Below are positions 49,201 to 61,600 of a DNA stretch of 64,000 nucleotides, one piece after another. The stretch spans positions 738,721-802,720 of the forward strand of contig CM119271.1 of assembly GCA_051294375.1 (NCBI GenBank), in the 5' to 3' direction. Each line of letters begins with the position of its first letter. The stretch's first letter is position 1. This stretch comes from Paraspadella gotoi. Taxonomy: Eukaryota; Animalia; Chaetognatha. Position numbers and translations under genes: made by a program. Under the pieces are notes generated by a model, which did not search any database, was not told the origin of the DNA, and saw only the letters and a program-made list of their open reading frames with translations.

Positions 49201-52200
49201 TGATGTTTTCTTTTTCTGATATAGATTTTATTTTCCTCATGCATTTACAATACACTAGGCTACTAAAAAGAATGCAACATTGGTTAAATTTGCTCTGCGG
49301 CGGTTTAGAGTTTAAGGGGACCCAGTGATAAAAATGATATCATAAGCTTAAGGGTCTATCATCAAAGGAATTTGAATGGTGATAGTCATTAATTTTTTTT
49401 TGCAAGGGAAAGTGGCAAAAAAATTCCTATCTCTTATTGTAGCGGAAACAAAAATTTAATAATTATGAAAAAAAAATTTAGTTGACCCTACCTAAATATT
49501 TATATAATCCATTATTTTATTTTTGCATTAGAAAGTATTTTTTACTAAATTCCAATTTTTTATTTTTTACTGTACAAAGCTATAATTTTAGGTTTAAGCC
49601 TCATTGAACAAAGGCTTTACAAGACTAATATTTTTTTATTTTTATATTTACTTAAAAGCAGACAAATCAAACCTAAATTCTATTCTTACAGAAACAAAAC
49701 TGTAATAATTATTAATTAATATTCATACTCATCCCTTAAATGTATAATTCAACTATATTGATTCCTAATTATAACAATTTAAAATTTAGCAAAAGTACAG
49801 AATCTTTCTCTTCTTTTTATATTTATATTACTTCAAAGAGTTTTATTTTCATCCAATTAACAGAATCATTTGAAAAGAAAGTTTAAATAAAATCAGTCGA
49901 TACCTTAAATTTTGATTCATTCCTAGTTTTTTTTCTTATAAATTTTTGTGATAAAACCTGAAAATCTTTTTAAAATTAGATCTTACCCTTTTTTTGGAGA
50001 AAAAAAATTTTAAACTTGAAAAAGATTTTCTTCTTACCGATTTTTTAAAGAAAATTAAGCTCGCTGATTTTATCGAATTTTTTAACTACTTTTCCAAATG
50101 ATTATAGAAGAAAAAATTATATGATCAGAACCAGCTTAAATTAAAGGGTCAAACGTTATGTTTTCAGCTTTTTACCCCCCCTGATCACTTGGTCCCCTTA
50201 AAACCACTACTAAATATGTTAATGTTCCCTAGCAGTATGTTATATTATTAAGAAGGCTATTAAGTATAGAAATAACTACTACTCTAAGTCGGGAATCCGT
50301 GCGCTCAAGCCCGAGTCGATTAGGGCCATTTATAAGGATGCTGCAGGTAGCGAATGTAGAATACCCAAAACCAACAATATGCACGCTAGTAGCTCATTTC
50401 TATGGTAATAGGAAAATTCTAAAGAGAGCAAATGAACTCCAATTAGAAATATTTACTACTCTCCTGATGAGCGGGGTTTTCCGTTCCTTGCTCACCCTTT
50501 TGAGAGAATCAATATCGCAGGGTTTAACAAGTCTTTAGAGAACAAGAACTAGATGAAAGCAATAGAGCAAGCATCGGTAAGCAATAGTAATAGTAATGAC
50601 CTCTCCCAGGCATTAAAATTTTCAACTCCGAAAACTGTATACTTTTAACTAGGTTTTAAACAAATCCTGTCTTAACATTTTTGGATAAAATTTATAGAAA
50701 CTATTTCAGAAAGGTGCCCCATTATTAGGGTTTTAATTTGATACCTCGCCCACCATCCTATCTCTTTTCTTTCAAAAGTTATACAAAAAAATAACTTTTT
50801 TTATCATCGGAGAACTAAGGATTTGAACTACGCAGTACAAATCTTTGTTAAATAAAAATTTCGGCAAAGCGGGAGTATCTTAATTTATCCTATTTGTATA
50901 ATACCTAAATTTCAAAATAAAAACTAAAGAAAAAATTTTTATCATCTAGAGACATATCACTTTCAGTTGTACCCACTTGTACTCGCTTATGGTTTAAGAA
51001 TTCAGAAAAACAAAGTATCTAGTCCAAATTTCAACTTTTACACTGTATTTTACTGTATCATTCTAACCGAATCATATTTTGCATGTGTTTGTCCAGCATA
51101 ACTGTCAGGAAGGGATGGCTTGTTAGTACAAATAGTCAGACAAAGTATATTCAATAGCCGATAATTTTTTTTAAATTAAGCGTGATCTGTCTCTGCGTCA
51201 TAACGATGAACTGTATTGTTTGTAAACAAATATCGATTGTTTATATTTTTAAACACTTTTACAAAAGGTAAATAAGATCAACGGATTACGACGGGAGTTT
51301 ATGTCCAAAACCCTATGGCCATTAAACTGCCGCGGTTTAACAAGACCTATTTTAACTTCAATTAATATAAGAAATTTTAAGATGCTGTAAATTTTTTTTC
51401 CCTTAAGTTCATACTGTAGTGGCCACTCTGGTTGAGTGCCATTTCTGTGAGCTTATGTAATCAACGACTAATGTAGTTGGGACTCTTTGTATAAAATATC
51501 AAGTAAATTGTTTAATGCAATCTACTGCAGCGTCAGATGAAAAAATGAAAAATAAATATTTTCTAATATTTTTGCTACTGGGCAAAAATTCATTGCTGCA
51601 GTATACTATATTGTTTTGTGATTCCATTTTTTGACAGATTTTTTTTTTAAAGAGCCAATAATCTTGGGGTTATTATGCATGGTTGTAACAAAGGGAATTG
51701 TTGTATACAGCTGAAAAAAATAAAGATTTCAACTGCAGCAACATTTTAAGTTTTGACTGAATGATTTTCGGGCCTAATAATATCCTCTTCTAATTCCCCT
51801 AAACTATGCTAAGAAGGGCTTTTTAAAGGGGGTGACCCATATGATTTTCAACCAAAATATCAATGGTGTAGGCTGAACCGTTTACGAGTAGTGGCTCAAT
51901 CTTTCAGAAGCGTTTATGAAGAGCAGCTGTGATTCTTTTAGGTGCTGTGGCAGGAGTGGTTTTTACAGCAGTGCTTGTCACATTGTATTAATAGTTAGAA
52001 CAAGGTCTGGTTAAGTATCTTCAATTAATTTTTTTTCTTTAAATCCACCCGATGCATCACAAAATAAAAAAAAGATCAAGTGATACGGATTTTCTAAGTT
52101 TTGATTCACTACCCTGTATATTTGAGATTTTGAGTCTTTCAAGTTCTTTGGTTAGAGGTTCCCTTTATTTTTCCCTCTTATCTAATGGACGTCGCTTGCG

Positions 52201-55200
52201 TTTTCTCAAAAGAAATTAAAAAAAAAACAAAACATTTTTGTTCCTCAAAAGGCAACAACTGGGGCGACATAGACACTTCCAACTGGGACCTTCGCAAAAA
52301 GGATCCTAACAACGGTAACTGGGGCGGCAACGCCGGCAACTCTAGTCAGTGGGGCGACGACCCCAACAAGAACTCGGTCGGGGGTAACTCAGGCGGCGGC
52401 GGCGCCGGTTACGGTCAGTCGGCCGGAAACGGCATCCGCCCCATCAGGGGCCAGGCGCTGTCGTCTCAGGGCGACGGTCACGGCTTCGGCGGCGGCGGAG
52501 GCGGCAGTAACATGTCCGGCGCCGGCGGTAACGATGTCTTCTCTTCCGATCACACGAACAACCCGAACTCAGGACATGCCATGGGTGGACAGCCCGGACC
52601 TTCTTCGGGTAAGCTTCGGTTGAGGGCTTTTTTTAATAATCCTCTTGTAATATTAAAGATATTGGCCCAATTCTTTCCAACATTTTCCTTCGCTTCAGGC
52701 TACGGTCCACCCGGATCTAACTTCCCGTCTAGTCTTTCCGGACCCAATCATCCGGCCAGTATTAGCCCGGCCATGGGGGCTGGCCCCCCCGGGTCGGGCC
52801 ACGCCCCTGGCGGGCCCTCGGGGCCGGGCAACTCGGGCGGTCACCCCAACATCCTTGTCCCCGCGGGACCTCCTCCCTCGGGCGGGCAAGGCGGCCCGGG
52901 GTCGAACTCTCAGGGAATGCCCCCACCCCGGGGTCCTTCCTTCGGCAGCGGCCGCGTAGCCATCCCAGGCGGCGGGCCTCAAGGACCCTCAGGCCCGGGC
53001 GGGCCGTCCTTGAGCTCCGGCTCTTCGGGCCAACCCCACAATCAAGGGGGCAATTCTCAGATGGCCGTGCAGCAACAGATCATGCAGCAACTAAGAATGG
53101 CCGTAGCGGCCAAGCTCATTAATCCGCAGCTGCTTAATCAACAGGTCAGTCATTCTTTTCTTTGCTTAGTAAAAAAAAATATTTATAATTATTTTTTTTT
53201 GGTACAGCTAAGCCCGCAAATGCTACAAGTTCTCCAAAACCTGCTTCAACTTCAAAACTTGCTCAGTACTCTTCAACAACAGCAACAACAACAGCAGCAG
53301 CAACTGCAAATGCGCAATCGTCCCAACGGGGGCGGAGCTCAATCGGAGCCTGGTCAGATCCAGGCCGCCATCCAAAGAGTTCGCCAGGAGATGATCAAGT
53401 ACCAGTACAGCATGCAGCAAATGCTGCAGCAGCAGAAAACGCCCGGGAGCGGCGGTGCTGGCGGCGCAATGTCGGACTTTAATCTAGCTTCTCTGCAAAT
53501 CGGTAAGGGGGTGGACCAAAGTTTTTATTGATTCGGTGTCCCCATATACTAGTTATTGCTGTTTTTCATAATTAAAATCCGGTTATTTTTCAGCCGAACC
53601 CTCATCCAACTCCTCCGCGCCCGACTCTCTCCACGCCGACTCGAATCAAGGTTCCCGCCTCAACCAATGGAAGCCGCCCGTTGCTGCCCCCGGTCCTGGC
53701 ATGACCGAGAAGGAACTGCTCGATTCTGGATCCGAACCCTGGAATCCAAAGTCCGAATCCTCCAAGGGATCCGATTCCTCGGCCGGAAACGGCGGTCCCA
53801 GTGCTGGAGGCCCGGGGGGCTCCGGCAACGGCGGCGCCGGATTTTCCTCGTTCGGTTCTACCTCTTCCGACCCTTGGTCAAATTCGGGTTCGCAGGGAAG
53901 TTCAGGATGGCCGGCCTTCGACCCACAGACGCCGCCCACTTCCTCCACCACAACCTCGACGACGACGGCTGCGTCGGAGCTCTTCAATTCGCTCATCGAT
54001 TCGGCCGGCCTCGGCGGGGAGATCTCCAACAGGTTGGTCATTTAAAATAGCACGTGTGATTATCACAATACAATATAACAGGAAACATTACCCCTTGATT
54101 CTCTTTTTTCGCTTTACAGCTCCGAGTGCGGAACAGGCACGCCCAACAACCCGTCATCAGCGCCAACGCCCACGCCTTCAGTTGACGGACCTGGTCCCCT
54201 TCTTCCTCCAGCGTCGTCCAGCGCCCCCTCTCCCAGAGATTCTAACGCGACTTCGCCCCAAACTTCAGGCGCTGACCAAGGTTTTTTTTTACCACTCTAT
54301 ACTATACTCTATAGTCTATACTAAAAAAATTGATTTCATTATTTAATACCTCGCACTTCTTACTATAATAATTAATTACTTATTTAATTTTTTAATACTT
54401 ATTTAATACCCGTGATAATCGCCTTCCGCTCTCCCTCCAGGCCCGTCCTCACTCCCGCCAACCGCCCACTCAATGGCGCCGCAATCCTCGGCGCCGGATA
54501 TCGGTCCTCCGGCCTTCGAACCCGGTAAACCCTGGCGCGGTCTAAAGAATATCGAGGAGGATCCCCATGCGACGCCCGGGAGCCTCTCATCCAATCTGTC
54601 CATCAGCAGGTGCTGTTCTTGAAAATAAATTATTGTTAATCACTTTAGTGATTTACTTAACCCCCGAAATTGTAAATTTTTTTCTATATATTATTTTCTT
54701 CTTTTTTTCAATTTTTTTTCCCCGGTTATTTTTTTTTTCTTACTAGGATTTCTCTCTTACTTTTTTTACTATGAGCATTTTCACTTTACTTTCTATAAAA
54801 ATTTGTTCTTCTGTCTGCACCCACTAGATCTTTAATGTTGTAGTCGGGTAAAGCAAAGTTCACCCCGCCTCTAAGCATGACACCTTCAGTCGTGACCCGG
54901 TGGCTCATTGAGTAAAGCCATCAGCTCATGACCACTAGGTACCTGGTTCAATCCTAACCCGGTACCTACCCTGCGGGAAGTGTGAGGATGGCCGTAAGCC
55001 GCCTTGGGGGTGTGGAAAACCCTCAAGCCTGGTTCCAAGCCCAGGACCTGTTCCATAGCTGTTAGAGGGGGTTAGCCCACTTAGCGCCTTATCCACATTT
55101 TTACCATATTCTACTATAGGGCTTTATAAAGAAGGAAGCTTTTTGTAAGACAAAGGAACATTTATAATAAATTTTAGCTGCACCCACTAGATCTTCACTT

Positions 55201-58200
55201 GCACCTGCTCTTCAATTATTTTTGTAAATTTTTATTATCTTAAATCTTTTAAAAATTATTTTTTAAATATTTTTTAATAAGTATAATTTTTTATTCTATT
55301 TTATTTTATTTCTTATTCTATGTTTTGGTAAAAGCATTTTAATCATATATCATACTTCAAAACAAAAATAATATTGTTTTGATTTATAAAATATTTTTGT
55401 AAGTACCAAAATGATATTAGTGCCACAGTAACAGTTCAGTTTAAGCCCTTTAAAGTGATTTCCATCCACTGGTCTTAACTCTTTTCTTTCTGTTCCGACG
55501 GCGGCGGCGGCGACGCCTCCAATTTTAAAAATAATTAATTTAATATCCAATTTTCATTGAACAGACCGACCGATCCGGACACTCTGCTATCGCGAGCAAC
55601 CGGCCTCGGCCTTCCCACTTCGGCGTCATATGGCGCGCCGCAGTCGAGCCAAGTTAGTTCGCTCCTGGGCCCCGGCGCCCTCACTTCCTCGCTCGGCTTG
55701 AACTGGTCAAACGAAGGAAATTCTGGGTAAATTAATGTTTATCATTTTGAAGGTTCTGTTGGTAAGTCTGTGTCTTCTAAGAATGGTGAAAATTTCCTCC
55801 CGATTAGTGTTAAACGAAACTTATAAGCGGAGGTTGAGAGAAAGTTGTATTTTTACTGGAGCAATATTGCAAAGCCCGTGGGTTTTATGGCCATCTTTCC
55901 CCCACCTGTACCGAGCACTAAAAATTCTACTCGGCTCATGGGTCGATTTTTAATAAAAACCCCTCGATAGTCGAAAATTGAAACATTTTCTTAAATTTTC
56001 ATTTTAATATTTTTAGAATGGGTCGGTCGAATCCCGGAGGCACCAAGTGGGCTGGGTCATCTGACTACGGCGGACCCAATCACGGGAACCAAAACGTTAT
56101 GCCCTCTGGGTTTAATCAGATGGGAGGCGGGCCGAACTCCGGCCAGGTAAGACAGAAACCATTCCTATAAAAATCATAAAAGTAAGAAATATTACTACGA
56201 AACTCGCTCACCATCGCTCATATTTTTATCTCGCCATACGGGCTTAAGCCCATCTTGGCGTGATTTTTGCTTCTTTGTGACCGGTGTCGTCGTCGTCACG
56301 CTTTTTTACTATTGCAAATTGTAAAAGTGTGTATGTAAAAAAGCAAAAAATTTAGATATAGCTTTTATGTATAGACTTTCGATTTCGTTGTTTTAGGATT
56401 TAGGAAAAATAGTTTTTAATTGTGGCAACGAATTTTTTTTTTTGACAAGTAAGTCGGACATGTTTCGACTCTTACAAAGTTAGTCTTCGTTGCCACAATT
56501 AAAAACTGTTTTTCCTAGATATAGCTTTTAACCAGCAAGATCTTTTAGATTCAAATGTTTCATATTCCTACACTCATTTTTTAATTTTCTTGAGGGGTAT
56601 TGAAGGCGTGAAGAAATAGAGGGAAAATAATGGTGTATTTCGCGAAGAGTAGAAACGAGAGAATGTATCGCTAGACAAAATATACTGAGGGGCAGGAGGA
56701 GGAGGAAAAAAGAAGAGGAAGAGGAGAATTGGACGGCAGGCTAAATCCTCCTCTGATTTTATTTATAAAACAATTTTTATATAGCTCTGCAGCAACTGTC
56801 CAGCTTCTCTCTATATCTTTTTTTTTTTTTTTTTTTAATTATGTTTTTTTCTTCTGATTCGTTTAAAAACAAGTTCAGCTCTGCAGCGGCTGTCCAGCTT
56901 CTCTCTATCTTTTTTTCTCTTTCTTTCTCTCACTCATACACGATGAATGATTCATCGCATCAATGAATGACTATCATCGCATCAATGAATGATTAATAAT
57001 TGATAATTAATAATTGATTATCATTGAATCAATCATTTGGTTATCATTGTATCAATTATTGGTTATCATTGCATTAATATTTGGTTATCATCGCATCAAC
57101 ATTTGGTTATTATCATATCAATAATTGGTTATCATCGTATTAATAATTGGTTATTATGGCGTCAATAAATTATTATTATATTAATCAATTATTATTACAT
57201 CAATTAATCAATTATTATTACATCAATTACTATTACATCAATCAATCTATTACTATTACATCAATCAATCTATTATATCAATCAATCAATTACTATAATA
57301 TCAATCATTCTTTTTTTTTCGGATTTTTTCATTAATTTTCTTTGATAGTAACGTCTGGCGAGATCAATATTTATATTAAAAAATTATATATAAAGATATT
57401 AATTTCTCTCGCGCAGGACAATTTCGGCTGGCCTGGTTTCGGCGGTAAACCCTCTGGCATGAACGCCCCCGGGTTCGCTGGGAACCGCGGGCCACCTCCA
57501 GGCCTTCAAAAAGGTTCCGGCGCTAGTGGTTCCTGGGGCAGCGGTGGCGGGTCCGGCGGGCAGGGCTGGGGAGATAACTCATCTATGTTCAATCAGATCT
57601 CCTCCTGCATTGTACTTAAAAATCTGACACCTCAGGTTAGAAGTGATTTTTATTTCCTTAAATGACACGTTTACGATGAAATTGGTTAAAAATGTCTCAT
57701 AAACTTCAACAATTAATTATAAATTTTCCGATTCTTTCTCCAACCCGTCCCATAGTTGGAAGGCAGTCTGCTCCATACCCTTTGCTCCCAACATGGTCCA
57801 GTGGCCCACTTCATGCTGAACCAAGCCCTGGGCAAGGCCTTCGTCCGCTACAACAGCCGCGAAGAGGCCGTCAAGGCTCAGCGGAATCTTGACAAGTGTT
57901 CCCTCGCCAACGCGACGATCACCGCAGAGTTCGTGCCGGAGCACGAGGTGGCGCGGATCATGGAGCAAGGAGCCGGGCCGGCGCCCTCTTCGGGTCACCA
58001 TGCGGGCGGCGGCGGCGGTAACGCCGGCCCCGGAGGCTCCATCTGGGGCGGCGGACCCGGCGGCAATCCTCCAGGCCGCGGCGGACCGCACTCCGGCCCT
58101 CACGGCGGCGGATATGGCAACCAGTACGGCAACATCAATGGGCCTGGCAATTACGGTGAGTGTTTAGTAGGTCAAGGGTAATATATTTTCATTATTTAAT

Positions 58201-58673
58201 ATATGCAAAAGTTACTTTAAATTTAACTTAAAGAAATATTTGTATTTAAAATTTGGATAATTACTTGTCTAGGAAACAACACCTTCGGCAGCAACGCAAT
58301 GAGCGGCCGGGTCGGGCCGGGCGTCTACGGACAGGCTCCGCCCTCTCACGCCGCTCCTCCGCACGTGTCGGGTTCTGGCGGAGACTGGGGCAACAATCCT
58401 CACTCTTCTCAAGGTAAGTGTTCTTTGGGCACTTCTCCAATAATCAATCGTTATTCGTTAATTAATATTTAATTTGTAATTGTGCATCATTCATCGCCAT
58501 TTATGTATAACCATGCAGGCTTCGGTTGGTCCCTTGGCGTGGGTGTAGACGGCGCTGGTCGATCTGGCGCGTCCCAGGGTGGCTCCGGCGTCGGAAACTC
58601 CAACCCTTGGTCCTTCGGGGGCAACTCCTCCGACCACACTCTAGATTCGCTTCTCCCTCCCGGAATTCTCTAA
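43238..58673 (+). CDS. TNRC6: GW182/TNRC6 (gawky-like) Argonaute-binding miRNA effector, ~22 coding exons
   Basis: Approximate exons: 43238-43559, 43637-43698, 43845-43980, 44046-44154, 44900-45151, 45245-45467, 45688-46123, 46363-46578, 46639-46962, 47692-47829, 52252-52608, 52699-53144, 53208-53502, 53594-54032, 54120-54280, 54441-54609, 55565-55726, 56017-56146, 57417-57635, 57756-58155, 58273-58413, 58519-58673. Hallmarks: many GW/WG repeats, Ago-hook VDDGTAIWGDP, M domain QQLRMAVAAKLINPQLLNQQL, SRLNQWK, PAM2 [53 protein letters not shown] and C-terminal SLLPPGIL. An acceptor at 43225 implies upstream exon(s). Confidence 0.92.
48217..52116. mobile_element. Family A TA-TSD TIR element (opposite orientation), in a GW182 intron
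   Basis: TA|CATGGTAGTGAATCAAAACTTAGAA ... TTCTAAGTTTTGATTCACTACCCTG|TA. It shares internal segments with 6315-9948. Confidence 0.8.
49316..50197. mobile_element. Family E TTAA-TSD element nested in family A
   Basis: TTAA|GGGGACCCAGTGAT ... ATCACTTGGTCCCC|TTAA. The empty TTAA site is visible in the family A copy near 9420. Confidence 0.8.
54833..55177 (+). mobile_element. Second copy of the tRNA-headed SINE-like element, flanked by an 18-bp direct repeat
   Basis: Homologous to 8383-8710. CTGCACCCACTAGATCTT occurs at 54815-54832 and 55178-55195. Confidence 0.7.
56228..57364. mobile_element. Family C element in a GW182 intron
   Basis: ATCTCGCCATACGGGCTTAAGCCC ... CGTCTGGCGAGATC, with the same internal tandem repeats as 21605-21830. 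Confidence 0.7.
56368..56515 (-). mobile_element. TSD-flanked insertion containing a truncated hammerhead and an inverted duplication
   Basis: A 15-bp TSD, TAGATATAGCTTTTA, lies at 56353-56367 and 56516-56530. The minus strand reads ACGA-A-GACT...AGTC-GAAA-CATGTC-CG. Inverted repeat at 56401-56432 / 56487-56517. Confidence 0.6.
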
Positions 58674-61600
58674 ATAAAAAAAAGATGGTCTCCCGATAGT
58701 CTTAGAATCACGGAAGCGCCGTCGCCCAAATTTATCAAAAACTTTTTTTTGTAGCCTAGCCGAACACACAAAAAAAAACAACACAAACCTAAGTCCCTCG
58801 AGTCTCTTTATATTTGAGTAAGTCTTGCCACGTTTAATTTTCGCCGCTGTCTTTTCTCTTTGCCTATTTCAAGTGTCTCGGTTTTGTCGCGGTATTTAAA
58901 AAGAAAAGCACTTCCCTCTCCTCACTCTGACATTTTACAATTATGTTTCGTTTTGATTTTCCATATTCGTTTTCCTCGAAACCAATCATTCTTAGTGCCA
59001 ACGTAACCATTAAATATGAATTCATGACTTTAATCAATTTTTTTTTAGTAGTCCCCCTGCCCCCCTTCTTCCCGATCTCTGACCACTTAAATTTTTTTTT
59101 TCTAATTTTTTCTATCTGTTTTTTTTTTTTTCAAAATGAATTCTTAAGATTTCGACACACGTGCAGGTGACGTATTCAGCAAAATTCCAAAGACGCGCGC
59201 GCATCAACTCTTTGCGCATGTAGTAACGAATTAATAGAATGTGACAAAATTGTTATTTTATTAAGTTCCCCAACCCCTTATCGGACTTTCGATATAGATG
59301 ACGCTCGTACTGCTGAAGTCGACTCTTTCTCTCTCTCTGTCCTCGTGTTTATTACCACCAATTAACTCAACTAAAAAAAATGCCTTCATAAATGTTGTTG
59401 CTGTTTTTATATATTATAACGTTACCGAAATGATCTGCCTATGCCAGAAAAAAATGGGTTCGAGATGGTTTCTAATCGTATATATCGCTTTGGATATATC
59501 TGAAATTTATACTTATAAATATATATTGTTACATATATAGTGATGTGAAAAATTTGATTATCTTTTCTTTATTATATATAGTTACTTCGTTTTTTTCCTG
59601 TCATACGTTTCGTGGTTTAACATTTTTTTCTTTCGTCTCAAGTCAGAAGAGAGAATTCCATTAGTTGTTTCCGTTCGCCCTCATTTTTCTTCGTAGTTTT
59701 ATTTTTCTTTTCATCGTCGTTCAGTCCTAAATTTTGCGTTTCGTTGTTAATGTTGAAAAAAGTACAGTTTTTCCGCGATTATTTTTTTAAGTTTGCGAGT
59801 GTTGGTTGGTTAAATCGTTACTCAGATATAAGTGTAGATGTCATTATTATCTCTAGATTATTAACATAGTTTCATTTTTATTTTTAACCTTAAGATCATG
59901 GCTCATGTTACCTCCCGTCTCCTATCGCTTATGGTTGTATTATCATTATCAGACTTAAATTCTACGTATAAAATGTATTGAATTTCCATCCAATCTTTAC
60001 AAGAATCCGAGCGACATGCGTGGAATTTTTTTTTTTTAGATTGCAATGATTACCTTATCTATAAGTTGTCCATCCGATGGATTTGTTCTCTTAACCCGAC
60101 TCCTTCAAAGAATGTTTATATTCATAACGAAAACACAAAATCTCTTAACAGCGCTTTAAACACGTTCTAACAAGTAGTCTGGGTATTCACTTAGTGAAAT
60201 CAATATTAAACTAGTCTTAATTTGGCTTTTGCGTGTTTATTTGCTTTTTTTTTCACTGCTTAAGCTCCTCCTTTCACAGTGCTGAAACGAAACTTCGTGA
60301 TGAGCTTTTCACAGATACTCTTTCCCGATTCGAGAGAATCTCCGCGGGCTTCGCGCGTAAAGTTTTTTTCCCTTCCAAGAACTCGCCAGCTTCGAATTCG
60401 TCGCTAGAGAGTGTTTGGTCTTGAATTTAATTCAACGAGCTTAATTGTCTGAAAAAATTAAATGAAATCAGCAACTTTCAATAAGTTTTGTTTTTTTCTT
60501 CCAAGAATTCACGTGGACTCGAAATACAGCTTAATTTTCCAAACAGGTATCTCGCGGGCTTAGATCGAGCTTTATGATTTTCGAGAAATCTTCTCTACTT
60601 CTTAAGCGGGTTTTTCCCCCGCGTGGTTCGATTCCGAAAAAAAATTTTGGTGCGTTTGCGTGCGTTCGTTTCCTTGTCAAAAAAAAAAAAAAAAAAATTA
60701 CAAAAAATAAAAGTTAGGAATCGCGCACTCGACTTTCCATTATCTCGCTTCGCCTTTCCCCCCGATCAATCGCGAAGGGACTGGGCACAATCCTACCACT
60801 TGTCTCGTAACACTTTATATTGCCTTGCATTTGGGTTTAAGATAAAGAAATATATATATTGTCGGGTACCGGTATGACCTTACCTCTTGGATATATATTA
60901 AATTAAACAGTTTCGAAACCGCTCAATCCGGATTTTTTTTTTATTTTCGATTTTGCATTTCCTCAAAATTTTAGTCTACCACTGTGTAAGTTTATGTCGG
61001 TCTGTCTGTTACCCGTTCTCTTTCTCTTCTCTCTCTCTCTCTCTCTCTCTTTCCCCTTCGCATTACCCAAATTTCTTTTTCCTCAAAAAACAAAAACGTC
61101 GGAAATATCGCAGAGCTTTTTTTTTTGCCTCTCCACCCCACTTCTCCATTACCGCAAACTTAAACAGATATTAGTAAAAAAGCCGAAATGGTAACGAAAT
61201 AAAAGCTACATAGTCATACAAGAAAACAAATTCGATCTCTTGAAATTTTAGTCAACCGGCTTTCGGTTTCGAGACATCTTCCCTGGCAAGAGCGCTCCTA
61301 ATATAATTTTTTTTTTTTGGGGGGGGGGATAACTAACCAGTTGATAAGACACACGTAATCACATTCACCTGCTAGGATTTAAAAAAAAACGGGTGAGGAA
61401 AACAAATCACAGCTCTTCTCTCCCTTTTGTATCCAAAACCTACTTGCCTTGATTTTTCTAAACATTATTATGACGATAATCACGGGGAGAGGGTCTTTGT
61501 GCTCTCTGCTTGTTCGTGACTTGTTTTGATTAAGCCTTATGGTCAAAATATATCAAATATTTACTGTAAATTATTAATAAAAGAAAAGTTTGTTCTTCCT

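Noticed and set aside
1-58673. Functional clustering of RNA regulators (DHX36, 4xRRM gene, GW182)
   Set aside because: They are interspersed with unrelated genes, and there is no sequence evidence for co-regulation beyond proximity.
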